64,000 nucleotides of DNA from the NCBI RefSeq assembly GCF_009914755.1, contig NC_060941.1; one strand, given 5' to 3'. Below the pieces are notes generated by a model that worked only from the letters and a program-made list of their open reading frames with translations, did not search any database and had not been told where the DNA came from. This DNA is from the human T2T-CHM13v2.0 reference genome, Homo sapiens. The position numbers and the translations under genes were made by a program. Below are positions 16,367-33,431 of the stretch, one piece after another. Each line of letters starts with the position of its first letter. Positions within the stretch are counted from its first letter, which is position 1.

Positions 16367-17379
16367 TTCTTCGTGTAGGTGCCCTCCTGTCTTATCTCCT
16401 ACAGCTTCTGGGGCTGCAGGGGGACATAAATACCACATGTGCAGGCACCTTTGTAAACTATGCAGCAGTTTCCTTAAAAAACAAAACAAAACAAGAAACA
16501 CAGTGACCACAGAGGGGAGCTGGGAAGGAGAGTGAGGGGCAAGGGCATTTCTGGGGCCCGTCTCTCCTCTCTGTGGCTCCAAGGGCAAGATTCCCATCAC
16601 TAGCTAATGCAAATAACTGCATGACAGCACGAAACACCACCAGCTGCCCCGTGGCGTGCCTACTAGGTATCAGGCCCTATGCTGGGTATTTTATACACAT
16701 TCTCTCTGATCCTCTGAAGTGGGAGCCAGCAATCTTAATTTGATTTTCAGAGTCAGAACTGGTGGAAATTCACTTTGGTTTCTCGTATGGCTGGATCTCG
16801 TATTTCTAAAGGCCCATGCCGGGTGGACTATTACATCATGTTGACAATATAAATTAGACTGATTAGAGGCTGACAATATCATTAGGAATGACATACTATT
16901 TAGTAGCTGGCATTATTGTCTGTAACATTTATACATGACAAAGTGCTTTCTATCTCTGCCCAGTGACACTTTGACACCAACCTAAATCATAGAAAATGCT
17001 GTGGTGTGAGCCATAGGCCAATTATTAACTGTCCCTGGGAGGTCCCTCAGCCCTTCCAGCCCTGCTGACAGATTGGTCTTTGGTGAAATTAAGAAGTCTT
17101 GGGAGAAGCTTATTTTTCTATTCTTGGGAACCCAGGGATCTCCCCAGCTCCCAGCTCCCAGGTAGAGAAGCCATCACTGTACATGGGAAAAAAATAAAAA
17201 AGAACACTCAGCACTAAAAGCCTAGGTTCTATCTCTGATTACCTTCATGCCATTAGTAAGTCATTTATTCTCTCTAAGCTTGTTTCCTCATCTAAAAAAA
17301 GAGAAACAAAAATACTTAACCTATCTCTACTATGGAAGTTTTCTGCAGATAGAATGAGCCAGTGGATATGAACAGACTT

Positions 17380-17830
17380 TGTGTCAGTCAACCTTTGCTG
17401 TATAACAAACAACCACAAAAAAATCCCAGAGTCAATAAGCATGTATTTACTTCACGTATCTGGGGGTTGGTGAAGACTTGTCTGATCTAGGCTAGACTGG
17501 CTGAGTGGCTTTGCTTTAGGCTATGGGTTTGGTTAGAATGGGTTCCTTGCCATACATTGGGCTCCGGTGTGTTCCTTGTATGTTTATCCTGGAGCCTGGG
17601 ATACAGGGGAAGCATCTGCTGGTGAGAAGCTCTTCTCGTGGCGATGGCAGAGGTGCAAGCGGGTGAGCCCAGCTGCACAAGCACATTTCACGTCCTTGTT
17701 TGCGTCATGTATGTTAATCTTCCAAAGTAGGTCACATAGCCAAGCCCCAAGCCAAGGAGTAAGCAAAAAAACTCCCATGTATGTGGAGAAGAGGGAGGGA
17801 ACGTTTTTAAACAATAATACCACCTCCTTG
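17380..17830 (-). mobile_element. Old MLT1 (I/J-like) LTR
   Basis: GCTGTATAACAAACAACCAC...GGTCACATAGCCAAGCCC pattern. Confidence 0.6.
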
Positions 17831-18094
17831 TTCCATACACACATAAGAAAGGACTGTTGCTTATCATTATTTTTTCAACACCAGTAAGGACAGAGATGTC
17901 AAATATCCCGTTTTTCATCTATTGTTTTGGCCTCACAGCAACTGGTCTGGCTGTAGTTAATCAATCCAACTGACCATCAATCCACTGGACAAATTGACTT
18001 TTCGGTTGTGTCCAATGAAATTGATTTCCACAGGTGAATTGGGCCCCCTGAGTCCTGTCTGTGCTACGTGATGGGTTAGAAAGTAGCCAACTTT

Positions 18095-18400
<306 letters not shown>

Positions 18401-18769
18401 CTAACTTTAGCTACCTACCTCTTTGCCAAAGGTAGGGTACTCCAGGGAGCTTCCTTTCTTATTCCTGATTTCTCCCAGTTCAACGTCCTCAGGCTAGAAG
18501 CTACATACATAATAACCACCGACATGTATGCAGACCTTTACTGATAGCCAAGTGCTTTTATAGATGTAATCCATTTTGCATCCCTAAGATAGCCCCTCAT
18601 CATGCCCATTTCACAGATAAGAACCCCCTGGGTCACATCAATAGGGAGTGGGAGACCCAGGATTTGAACCTCTCCTGCCTGATTCTGGGGCTTGGGATCG
18701 CCCCTCCCCCAGTCCAAAGAGGGGTTTCCTGCCCTCCAAGTCTTGATCTCCTCCTGCCTGACTTCACAG

Positions 18770-19250
18770 CACTCCCCAATGTAATGTCAGCTCCGTGTGA
18801 CGGCCTATCTACCACATCCACAATGGTTTAATTTCTGCCGTTTATGTGAAAAGAAATTACTCACTAAAATTTAATTTGGTAAATTTCAGTCTTTGTAAGC
18901 AGTGAATTCAATGACGACACAGTTCAGCAAGTCAGCAGTTACTCAGGCAATTTCCGAGCCACCAGCCCCCAACCCTGATAACAAAGAACGCCCAGCCTCT
19001 CAGCCTGTTTTAAATTCACATTCCTTCATTATTATGTCAAGGGAAGTCATTATGGGACTGAAGAAAATGCTTCCTGTCTAGAAAAGTAAAACGCAGTCTT
19101 GTGCGGCGGATTAGCGTGTTCTGTCGGGTATTAAATGGGGAACTCTCGAGGAGCCTGATTTCTGAATTACGTGGTTTGATGATTATTTAACCACGTTGGC
19201 TGGTGATAACTATTTATCTAGTCCAGAGCAACGCAGTTCAATAGGCCTGT
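18770..19250. promoter_or_regulatory. Candidate conserved non-coding element/enhancer
   Basis: ~480 bp with no recognisable repeat, retained CpGs, TAAT, GTCAGCA, GATAA and inverted ACGTG motifs. Confidence 0.45.
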
Positions 19251-19435
19251 CCTTACGTCCCCCTTGGAGGCTGCTGCCAGGAACCTGGCTCCCAGAATTT
19301 TCTGGGGAAGGGCAGTGAGGGGGTGGGGAGGTGACGGGAGATGAAGGCAAGTTTCTCAGGTTGGCACTGATGCCTGGAATCTGCACATATTTGCCTACTT
19401 TGACTGGACGCTGGTAGATTTCCTGCAACTGATAC

Positions 19436-19437
<2 letters not shown>

Positions 19438-19477
<40 letters not shown>

Positions 19478-19500
19478 GACAGAGAGAGACAGAGAGAGAG
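19438..19500. repeat. (TG)n-(GA)n microsatellite
   Basis: Seen directly. Confidence 0.95.
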
Positions 19501-20212
19501 ATTGAGAGATTCAACCTAGGCATGTTAATCAGGTTGTTTAAGCCAATGGGGCTATGGGCTTTCAAGGCAGGAACAATATTCTGTTTACCTTTGCACCTCC
19601 AGTGCCGAGCACAGTGCCTGACACTTATGTATAACCATGATTTTGAGGCTGATTGTCAAAAACACGAGTTAGGTTGCAGACTCCAATGATGGTAGATGCA
19701 GCTGGCCCCCAGGATGGGAGCTTCACCTTGACTTCTGTCTGTTAAATTTACTGCTGCATCCTCAGCTCCAAGGCCAGTGCCTGGCAAAGAGATAGTGCTC
19801 AGTAAATACTTGCTGCATTTTGTCTGAATTTGCATCGAGGTGTGGAAGGTAAGAAGAGTTGCTAGGACAAAAGAAACCGGGGCATCTTTTGGGAAAGGGG
19901 CCAGGATAGAGGAGCAGATGGGGGCTGAAATACAGGGTGGAAAAGTTGTTTTGTCTGAAGAAGAGCAGGCTCGGGGTCAGGACCATGCCTTCCCACCTCT
20001 GAATGCCACCCTGGAGCAGGACTGGCCCCATCCTGGGTGGCCTGCAGGGAGAGGAGGCTGTTGCTGGTAGGCACATTTTGAGGTGGGGGGAAAGGAAAAA
20101 GTTTATAAGAGAGCTGTCCAGAGAAGGCATGACTTTCCCTTAAGAGTTAGCGAGTCTCCAGGTGTCAGGAGAGGCTTGACTTTGGGAGAATGTTGGAGTG
20201 GAAAGTGTAAGA

Positions 20213-20748
<536 letters not shown>

Positions 20749-21239
20749 TATAGCATAAGATAGAAGGTAGAAGTAGGGGACCTTTGAGGTCCCATGAGTG
20801 TCTGCAACTTATAGTCCATATTTGATTGATTTGCTTCTGCTGAATCAGAGAAAGATGAATCTATTCCCCTGGATTAAGGAGGGATGTTGAATTGGACCTT
20901 GAAGACACTGAGATGGAGGTAACTGTGGTCAGAAGAGTTGCTATGGATGGGACCATGTGTGAATAATCCCATGTTGTATGGCTTGGTAGAGTAACATGTG
21001 CCATAGGCACACGACAGATGAGGGAGAGGAGATCAGAGCTACTGCAGTCTGAAGACCCCTGGAGAAGGGCAGGAGGCCAGAGAAATCAGGGAGACCTCCC
21101 TGAAAGAGGTCAGGTGGACATATCGGAGTGCTCAGGAAGCCCTGGGGAGGTGAGACTGAAGGAATTCTGAGTAACTAGCCAAAGTTGTGGAATGAGGGAT
21201 CCGGCTCTTACTAGCAGAGAGTGGTTAAAGACAGACCAG

Positions 21240-21588
<349 letters not shown>

Positions 21589-21709
21589 TCAGCAAGGGGA
21601 AGACCCAAGGCTGGGGAGAAAGTAGCACCTGGCTGGCTTCTTGAGGAAGCGCTGCCAGCAAGGAGCTCTCACATCTTAGCAGCGACCAAGGTAGTAGGCC
21701 ATGAACTGT

Positions 21710-21950
21710 AATAGAGGCAGAGGGTTTGTTAAGATTTTAGAAGCTGACAGTCCTGGTTTGAAGTCCTGACTCGACTATGTTCCGAATGTGTGATCTTGGA
21801 CAAATGGCTTAACCTCTGAGCCTTAGTTTCCTCATCTGTAAAATAAGTCTTAAAAAAAATCTCTCCAACCCTCCAAGAGCTGGTGTGAAGATTAGATGGG
21901 GTCATGGATGTCAGCATGATATGTAAACTCTGAAGTGCCCTGTGCTTATG
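21710..21950 (+). mobile_element. MIR
   Basis: MIR core TGTGATCTTGGACAAATGGCTTAACCTCTGAGCCTTAGTTTCCTCATCTGTAAAAT. Confidence 0.8.
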
Positions 21951-22479
21951 GAGGTGGCCACTAATGGCATAGTATGGCAGAATCTCTGAATTAGAGAGTG
22001 ACGGGAACTGCCTGGGGCTCCGAGTCAGGTCTTGAACTTACCATCAAGCTGGAGAAAACTTCCTTCTTCAATTTAGGGGTTGACCTGATAGGCCTGGCAG
22101 TGGTCCCACCTTTGAGCGGCTGTCCTGGAAACAAATACATGCGAGGATGTCGGCTCTTCTTCCATTCTGCAAGTCAGTGTCAGGTCAGTGTTGGGAAGTG
22201 GTGACCTGCAGCTGTCCACCTCCAGCTGCCTGCAGAAGGCAGACTGATCAGAAAGTTCTTCCGTGGCATTAGAATGGAGAGACTTAGGCATGCTAAATGC
22301 TGAAGGGAAGAACCATGGAGAGGAGGGGGTGGTGACTTGCAGCTGGCTGACAACCCCTCCCTGATGGACGCCATGAAGCCGGTGTGTCCATGACTCCCGT
22401 GACCTTGTTCCCAGCCTCCCTTACCACGTCGCAGTGAAGTCATTTTTCAAAGCTAACACTTGTAGAGGCTCCTCCAGGA

Positions 22480-23710
22480 GGCAGTTGCTGATGACTTTGA
22501 ATTCAACGTGTGGATTTGGATCTTCAGCCCTGACCCCTTCTCTAAACCCCAATTCGATATATCTAACCTGCCTACTTGATATCATCATGTAGATAAGGGT
22601 CTCAAAGTATGACCCAAACAGGGTTCCCAGAAACCTGCTTCCCCAAATTTGTTCCTCTTTGAGTCCTCTCCTGCCACTGCCGTCCACCCAACTCTTCAGG
22701 CCAAGACCCCCCCCATGTCATCCGTGACTGCTCTCCTTCCTTTATCCCTCCATCGACCCCAGAAGGCCCTGCCAGCCCTTCCAAATATATCCCCAGTCTG
22801 CCTTCTTTTCTCCAGGTCCCATGTTGCCACTCTGTCCATACCAACATCCTCTCTCAGCTGGTGATGCAGCAGCCTCTTACTGAGCAACCTGCTTCCTCTC
22901 TTGGCTTTTCAAATCCATTCCCTGCAAAGTAGCCAGAAGGATCTTTTCAAAACATAAGTCATGTTCATCTTCTTAAAGCCCTTATTCTCAGGGCACATAA
23001 AATAAAAACAAAACTGAGTGGAAGCCACACTGCATGGGGGTCGAGGTGTGAATAGGATTTTAGGACACGACAATGAAGAATCTAGAAACGCTTGCAAGAG
23101 ACATGGCTGGGAAAGGAAAGACAAGGAGAGAGAGTCAGAGCTGCAAGCAGCAGACTGATCAGAAAGTGCTTCCGTGGCGTTAGAATGGAGAGGCTTAGGC
23201 ATGCTAGACGCTGAAGGGAAGGACAGTGGAGGGGAGGGGTGGCGATTCGCTTGGTAACAGACGACTCCTGTTTTTGGGAGGAGAGACTTGAAGCTAATTC
23301 ATATTGTTCACAGTGGCATTTCTTCCCCCAGATAAGCTTGTTTTTGTCAGTTCTCTTTAAACAATAAATAAAATAAAGATGGGAATTGAACAATGAGAAC
23401 ACTTGGACACAGGGTGGGGAACATCACACACCGGGGCCTGTTGTGGGGTGGGGGGAGGGGGGAGGAGGGAGGGATAGCATTAGGAGATATTTCTAATGTA
23501 AATGACAAGTTAGTGGGTGCAGCACACCAACATGGCACATGTATACATATGTAACAAACCTGCACGTTGTGCACATGTACCCTAGAACGTAAAGTATCAT
23601 AATAAAAAAAAGAAAATAAATAAAATAAGAGCCTCCTTACTAAGGCCCACAAGACCCTCCAAGATCTGGCCCCTGCCCAGTCTCCAGCCCCAGCCTGTGC
23701 TATCTCCCAC
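22480..23710 (+). mobile_element. L2 fragments interrupted by later insertions
   Basis: L2-like blocks at 22480-23000 resume at ~23630 (CTCCTTAC...GATCTGGCCCCTGCC). Confidence 0.6.
23378..23612 (+). mobile_element. L1PA 3' end (young), severely 5'-truncated
   Basis: GGGAATTGAACAATGAGAACAC, G-rich tract, GTGCACATGTACCCTAGAAC, poly-A; TSD AATAAATAAAATAA. Confidence 0.95.
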
Positions 23711-24399
23711 CGCCTACTGGCCACCAGGTTGGGTGCTTTAGCCTGCATAAGAATTATCCAGAGAGTTTGTTGAAGCACGAATTCCTATTCTTCCTGCTCC
23801 TCACCTTCCCCCTCCTTTGCCTTCTCCTATGCCCTTCCTTCCTGACATTCAGTCCTAAAGCCGTTAGGTGTAGCACGGGAAGAGAGGCCTCTGCAGTGAA
23901 GGGAGGGCAGCCATCATGGCCCAGAGCTGAGGCCAGGACAGTGATGGCACTGGGAGGCTCCCCAGCAAAGGGTGTCAGGGCATCAACAGGGTGAGGAGGT
24001 CATCCATGTGGTGGGAGGAAGACAGTGTGGAATATCAGCACCCACGCAGGGGGAGGAGGGTGCCACTGCAGAGGCATCCTGGCAGAGGTGACAGCACCAG
24101 ACTGGCTGAGGACATTCCTACGAGGGGTGAGTGGCCTGATGCATGTCAGATCCTGAGCCCCGTGATGGGGGCAGCCCTGTTTGGGGAGCCCAAGCCCAAG
24201 TGAGAGAGAAGGTCATCCCTGCAGATGAGTGACTGGTGGGGGTGTCAGAGCTCAGGTAGGGAAACAGCAGCATCCACACAGGGTCAGAGCCCAAGCAGGA
24301 AAAGAGAGTCCTGTGTGGGGAAGAAGGAGGCAGTGAGATGGAAGTTCGATCACACTGAGGAGGATTGTTAAGTAAACACTAAGGGTAACAGAAGCCAGG

Positions 24400-25253
<854 letters not shown>

Positions 25254-25259
25254 CCAGAA

Positions 25260-26485
25260 TTGTTATTATTAAGGAAGGGAGTTATGAACATCAAAAGGGA
25301 GAAGAAGACTGGAATGAACCTTGTGATGTTGAATTTGAATTGGATGTATTGAGGTAAACTCATGTTTTTTAATGTTTAGAGATAGATATAGAAATAGGCA
25401 TAAATGCCATGTGTGTATGTCTACTACACATGTTTCTTAGCTCTGCTCTGAGAAAGCCTGGATGCAACAACGGTCCCATAGCAATGAACATGTCCAGCAC
25501 CTAGATCTAAATGGCATTTTCCACTAACAAGAAAAAGGGTTTCTTGGAGAAATGGCGGATTCCAAGACTGGGAAACTACACGAGGAAGGTGGAAGGTCTT
25601 ATTGTGCCAAAAAGCAAGGAAGTGCTCCAAGAATGGTGGGTACATGTCACGGGGCACAAAGGGCAGCTTGAAGGAGCTCCCATTGGTGGACCATGAGACA
25701 ATTCAAGTACCAAATTAGACAATGATAGTGGTGGACTATGACCCATTGAATAGGATTGGAAACCATGGGCCCATGAAGACAGAAATAAATAAGCAAATAA
25801 ACTGAAAATGTAGTGAGAAATATGATAATCATGTAATTTCAAAGTGCCTCTGCAAAACACGTATTAATTACAAAGAAGAAAAGAGTAACTTTATAGTGAA
25901 GAAGTCTGGCAGACAGCAACTTAATTAAGTGATCAGCGTGAGCATCTCCAGTAATGGGGCAAATTAAAATCACGTGTCCCTGGATAGGACGTCAGGGGAA
26001 GAATTCAGCGTCATTTCTGAGCTATTTCTGCCAATGATCCATAAACGGGATCTAATCATGAGGAAGCGTCAGACAGACCCAAAATAACTGTCCTGTAATC
26101 TGCAGACGTGTCAAGGTCTTTAGAGTCAAGGAAAAACTGAGGAACTTCTTCAGATGAAAAGAGACTAATGGGACATGAGAACTAAATGCAACATGATTCT
26201 GTAGTGGATCTTGCTGCTATAAAACACATTATAGGAATAACTGGAGAAAGTGGAATGGGCCCTGAGGATTAGATTCATCCATGTGTCATTGTTAATCTCC
26301 TGATTTTGATGCTTGCATTGTGATTGTGTAAGAGAAGGCCCTTATTTATAGAAAATATTCACTGAAGTATTAGACAGTAATGGGGCATCCAGTCAGCACT
26401 TTGCTCTCCAATGCTTCAAGAAAACGGAAGTTTTTTGTACTGTACTTTCAACTTTTCTGTGTGATATTTGAAAAAAAAAAAAAAG
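25260..26485 (+). mobile_element. Old L1 3' region (L1MC-like)
   Basis: TCTAATCATGAGGAA, TTTTGTACTGTACTTTCAACTTTTCTGT and terminal poly-A typical of L1M 3' ends. Confidence 0.7.
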
Positions 26486-26493
26486 TGTGATCA

Positions 26494-26922
<429 letters not shown>

Positions 26923-27199
26923 TCAATGCTGCTGGTCCGTAGACCAGGCCATGAGTCCTAAGTGTCTATACACTGACCTCACTGTTCCTGGACTCACCAA
27001 TTCATCATCAGTGCAGGTCCTTTGCTCTGTGCCTTCTACCTGGAAAGCTGTTCTCTCAGATCTTTTAGAATTGGCTCTTGTGTGCCATTCAGATCTCAAC
27101 TCCATGCCACGTTCTCAGAGGGGCCATTCCTGACCCACCCACCCCCAGCTATCCACAGCTGTTCTACCACGACTCCCGGCTTCCTTTCATCTGTGATCT

Positions 27200-27705
27200 C
27201 TGTTAGTTTTCTATGGCTGCTGGAACAAAAGAGCACAAGCCTAGTGGCTCAATATAACCCAAATTTATTATCTCACAGTTCTGACACGTTGAAAGTCTGA
27301 CATGTGTCCCACTGGGCTAAAACGGAAGCCTTGGGAAGGCTGTGGTGATCCTTCTGGAGGCTCTAGGGGAAATCAGTTTCCAGATTCTAAAGGTTGGCTG
27401 CATTCCTTGGCTTGTGGCCCCTTCCTCCATCTTCAAAGGCAGCAGCAATGCATCTCTGTGCCTTTTTTCTGCAGTCACATCTTCCTCTGATGAACTCTTC
27501 TACTTCCTTTTACTTTTAAGTATCCTTGTGAGTATACTGGGGTCACCCTGATAATACAAGATAATCTCCCCGTCTCAAAATCCTTAACAGAATCACATCT
27601 GCAAAATCTCTTTCGCCGTATAAGGTAACATATTCACAGGGTCTGGGGACCAGGACATATCTTTGGTGGTGGTCGTGGTGGGAAGGGCATTATTCATTCT
27701 ACTAC
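27200..27705 (-). mobile_element. MLT1-family LTR
   Basis: ATTTATTATCTCACAGTTCTG...CAAGATAATCTCCCCGTCTCAAAATCCTTAA...TACTACA. Confidence 0.8.
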
Positions 27706-29023
27706 ATTTTCCTTGAACCAACCTTTCAGGATGGAAGAAAACTTTGAGGTTGTCTGCCCCCAATGTCTTTCTCCTAGCTCTGAAATGAGCTGTTGGTGGA
27801 AGGGCAAGCCACTTCACACCCTCTTTGCCTGTTTTCTCATCTCTGCAATGGATATGGCAGCATGTACCCTTTAGTGTCTTTGGGATGAATGAATGAAGCC
27901 TCTGATGCAAACCATGTCGTAAGGACTCCCACACAGGAAAGGCATATTACATGTTCACACTTTCCCCTTTTGTCCTTGCCCCATCAGGAGACTGAGGCCC
28001 CAGGCAGGGCTGAGCCTGGCCTCTTCCACAAACAGACCTCTCTAACCCCTTGCTGATTTTCTTCTTCCCCTCTTCCCGTGGTTTAAATGGCAGTGAGCTT
28101 CTATCCTCAGCTTTCATAAGACTCTTTGACCTAAAGACAATATGATAGAGGCAGTAGTAAAGCTCAGCTCTCCCTCCCACACCTTGCCCACCCCTACTTC
28201 CTGATACAACATAGAGACACATATTCATTGTCTTCCCAGGTCTTCCCACTCAGGTGACCTGATCTGAATGATGTGAACTTTCCTGTAGACAGCAGGAAAG
28301 AAGCATGTGGAGGAAACTCCTTTCTGGAGCTCCAGGAAAGCACTGATGGATGTGAGAAGAAGACCTATGAATAAATCACTCACCACCCCTACTGCCACTA
28401 TCATGACTATTACTGTTTTTCTCTCATATGTTATCCTAAGGGCCTTGTCTATATCCCAGGATTTGAGGAAAAATCAAGTATTTGATATGAGAGTGCTTTG
28501 CACTGCTGGGAGCCTGGATATGTGTCTGACATCACCATTATTAATAGATCAAGCCCAGCACCAGGTGCCATTCTATGCAGCAGCACTGCTGACCTGGTCA
28601 CTTGGGACCATACCAGAGCAGCTCAGGCCTCTACCAAACCCTTAGGAATCTGGGTTTTCTTCCTGTTTTCTTGCATGGGAATCCCTGAAAACTGCTTACT
28701 TGCCCCCATCCTACCAATCAAGCCCATGAATTTATTCAAAGACACTCTACAAGCCAAGTGTAATTCTAGGTTCTGGACCTTTAACAGTAGGAAATATAAA
28801 CAGACTTTCCCTACATGTGGCTCACAGTCTAGCCCACCTTAGAGCTTACTTTTAGAATGAGGAGTGGGGTAGGGATGTGGGTAGCAACTTTAGCCAGAGA
28901 CGGTTGAGTCCTCTAAATCTATTCTTCTCTATCCTGTAGTTTTTAACTCATTTGGAGGAGTCATGAGCCTCTTAGAGCATCTAAAGAAAGTTATGGTCTT
29001 GCTTACTTGAAACATGATCATAA

Positions 29024-30035
<1,012 letters not shown>

Positions 30036-30146
30036 TTCTTTTTGCTTAATATTTACAAAGAATTTCTGAGAATCCATGACCCATGGAAGGAAGCCCTCTT
30101 GTGGATCTCAGGTTAGAACCCATTTCTTTCCACCAGTCCTGTCTAA

Positions 30147-30471
<325 letters not shown>

Positions 30472-31518
30472 ACTTTCTTAAAGGCCAGAGAACAGATGAA
30501 TTAAAAAGTTGAGAGCTTGCTGAATAATGATTCAGTTACATACTCAGGCCTGTGGATGCTCATAGGAGAGAAGGAACAGGACAGAGTCTAACTCAGGCAG
30601 AAGAAAGGGAACAAATACTTCTTTAGAATTGCCAAAAATGGAAGGTGTGTGAAGATAAGGGTGTTGGAGATAGTTATTATTTTTACCTTATGTCAAAAAA
30701 TGTTCAAATGAATTGTATCCTCAACAAACTGAGAATTTTCCATTGTACATCCTGACTTTTTGACTGTAATGAGCAGTTTTCTTTTGAGAGGCCTTAGCTT
30801 CAAGCTGAGACTAAGGATTCTAGTCTCTGAGCTGGTTCATATAACCAATAAAGTAATTAAATCACATCCATGTAAGAGAACATTTTCATCATAGGATACA
30901 GTAGGGGTTCAAAGTTGGACTCTTCTGTGCTTCAGAAAGAATGAATCAGGAAATTCAGAAATGAATTCAGGAAAAATGTCTGCTAACTCTACCCAATTTT
31001 GAATCACAGCATTAATTTCTTAAGAGCATCTTCTGCACTCATCCAAGAATAAATGAACATACACACACTCTTCGTTATAACCAGAGTCTGAGCATCAACT
31101 CTTCAGCCACTTCCACTTCCTACTCCTTAGCGCTTTGAGATCTTAGGGTGCAGCTCAAAATCAGAGAATGAGCTTTGCCTCAGATCCTGTGCAAGTGTGC
31201 TAGCCGCTGGCCGTGGTGCTGAAACAAAGCCTGTCCTTTAGGGCTGCAAGTCAGCTCTGTCTACTTTCTCATTTCTGAATGTCGTCTCCAGCACAGGATT
31301 ACATCAGGTTGCACACAGTGTCTTATTTCCTGAAAGCCTCTATTTCCCAGATGTTTTACTTGGATCTCTGATTTACTCCGTCCTCTTCTAACTCTCCCCT
31401 TTCCAGCCACTCTCCAACAATAATCGCATGCACCAGCCACATGGCCTGACTTGTAATTTCCCCCACATCTCAATCCTCTCCATAGTTCTGGGCCTTCATG
31501 CATGCTCTTTTTTGAAAT

Positions 31519-31550
<32 letters not shown>

Positions 31551-31559
31551 CACACACAC
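31519..31559. repeat. (CA)n microsatellite
   Basis: Seen directly. Confidence 0.95.
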
Positions 31560-32300
31560 TTTCACTTGTCATAGCCCTTACTGATTACAAATTCTTTGAG
31601 ACTCGCCAAAGTGTCACTTCCTTTAGGAAGCCCTTCCTTGATTACCCGTAAGTTGAGTTTATTTTACCTTGAAAATTGTTACCCTCTGCTACCTCAAATG
31701 AAATAAGTCAGCCCCAACTCTATATCCCCTGTGTTGCTCTCTACCACTGCATTCAACTCTCAATTATAATTTTCTTTTACATCTGCATTTTTTACTAGAC
31801 TCTGCATTCCTAGAAGTGGCACAAAAGAGATGGCACATGGAGATTAGGTTGATATCAGCTAAAATAAGTCATAAATGCCAGAGTAAGAAGTCTAGGATTT
31901 ATCCTAGCACCTACACACAAACCGTGCAAAGCATAGGGGCAAGGAAGCCACTGCAATTTATAAAGACTCCACCTTCTCAGTACCTGACCCATTGTTCCAG
32001 CAATCAATGATTTAAAGTCTCTTTGAGCTCTTCCTGCCTTATGAAAATAAGAAAAAAAGAATGATATGAGGAGACTGGAGACCTTCTACACTACAATTAT
32101 CCTTTTAACAGTGATTTTCTCAGAAGTGTTCCCTTGGCTGTGGCATGATTCATCTTTCTGCAAACATAATCTAGTATTTCATCAAAGCAAAGATGGAGTA
32201 ACAAGGGCCATGTACACTTCCTGGACAACAGGAATGTGCTTAGGGTATTGAATATACCCCATTTAGATTTGGGAAAGATAGCATACAAATTAGAGAAAAG

Positions 32301-32699
<399 letters not shown>

Positions 32700-33138
32700 T
32701 CAAGCAATCTGAAAGATGTATTGTCTGTGCGGTGGGGTTACCCAATCCTGGCCCCAGCTGTAGGTGCTGGCCTAAAGACAAAGAGGGGAATGAAGAGAAA
32801 AAATTAAGAGTTGTACCAGTCATCCGCTCCAACCACTCTTCTCATATTCACAGTCCCCAGACCCACTGCCAGTTCTCATCATGAGAAGTCAGCTCCAGAT
32901 GAAGACAGCCTCCTTGCCCTGCATCATCCAGTGAATGAGGCTGCCTGGACCTGGCTGAGACCACCCCTGTCCACTAGTCACCCCAAGACCTCACATCTAT
33001 GAAGATTGAGCATACAGTGGGCCCCATGTCAGGATCAGGTGTGAGGGGAAAGGTAGGAAACAAAATCCCAGGCCCACCCTTGGGGAATTAAGAATAGAAA
33101 TAAAGGTGAAGTTCTTACTATCAGTTTAGAAGACCTCA

Positions 33139-33431
33139 TTTTCTTCTTCTTCTTCTTTTTTTGAGACAGAGTTTTGCTCTTGTTGTCCAGGCTGGAGTGC
33201 AATGGTGCGATCTCGGCTCACTACAGGTTCAAGTGATTGTCCGGCCTCAGCCTCCTGAGTAGCTGGGTTTACAGGCATGTGCCACCATGACCAGCTAATT
33301 TTTGTATTTTTAGTAGAGACAGGGTTTCACCATGTTGGCCAGGCTGGTCTCGAACTCCTGACCTCAGGTGATCCACCTGCCTCGGCCTCCCAAAGTGCTG
33401 GGATTGCAGGCATGAGCTGTTGAGTCCGACC
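33139..33431 (-). mobile_element. Alu (small internal deletion)
   Basis: Antisense Alu lacking ACCTCCGCCTCCC. Confidence 0.94.
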
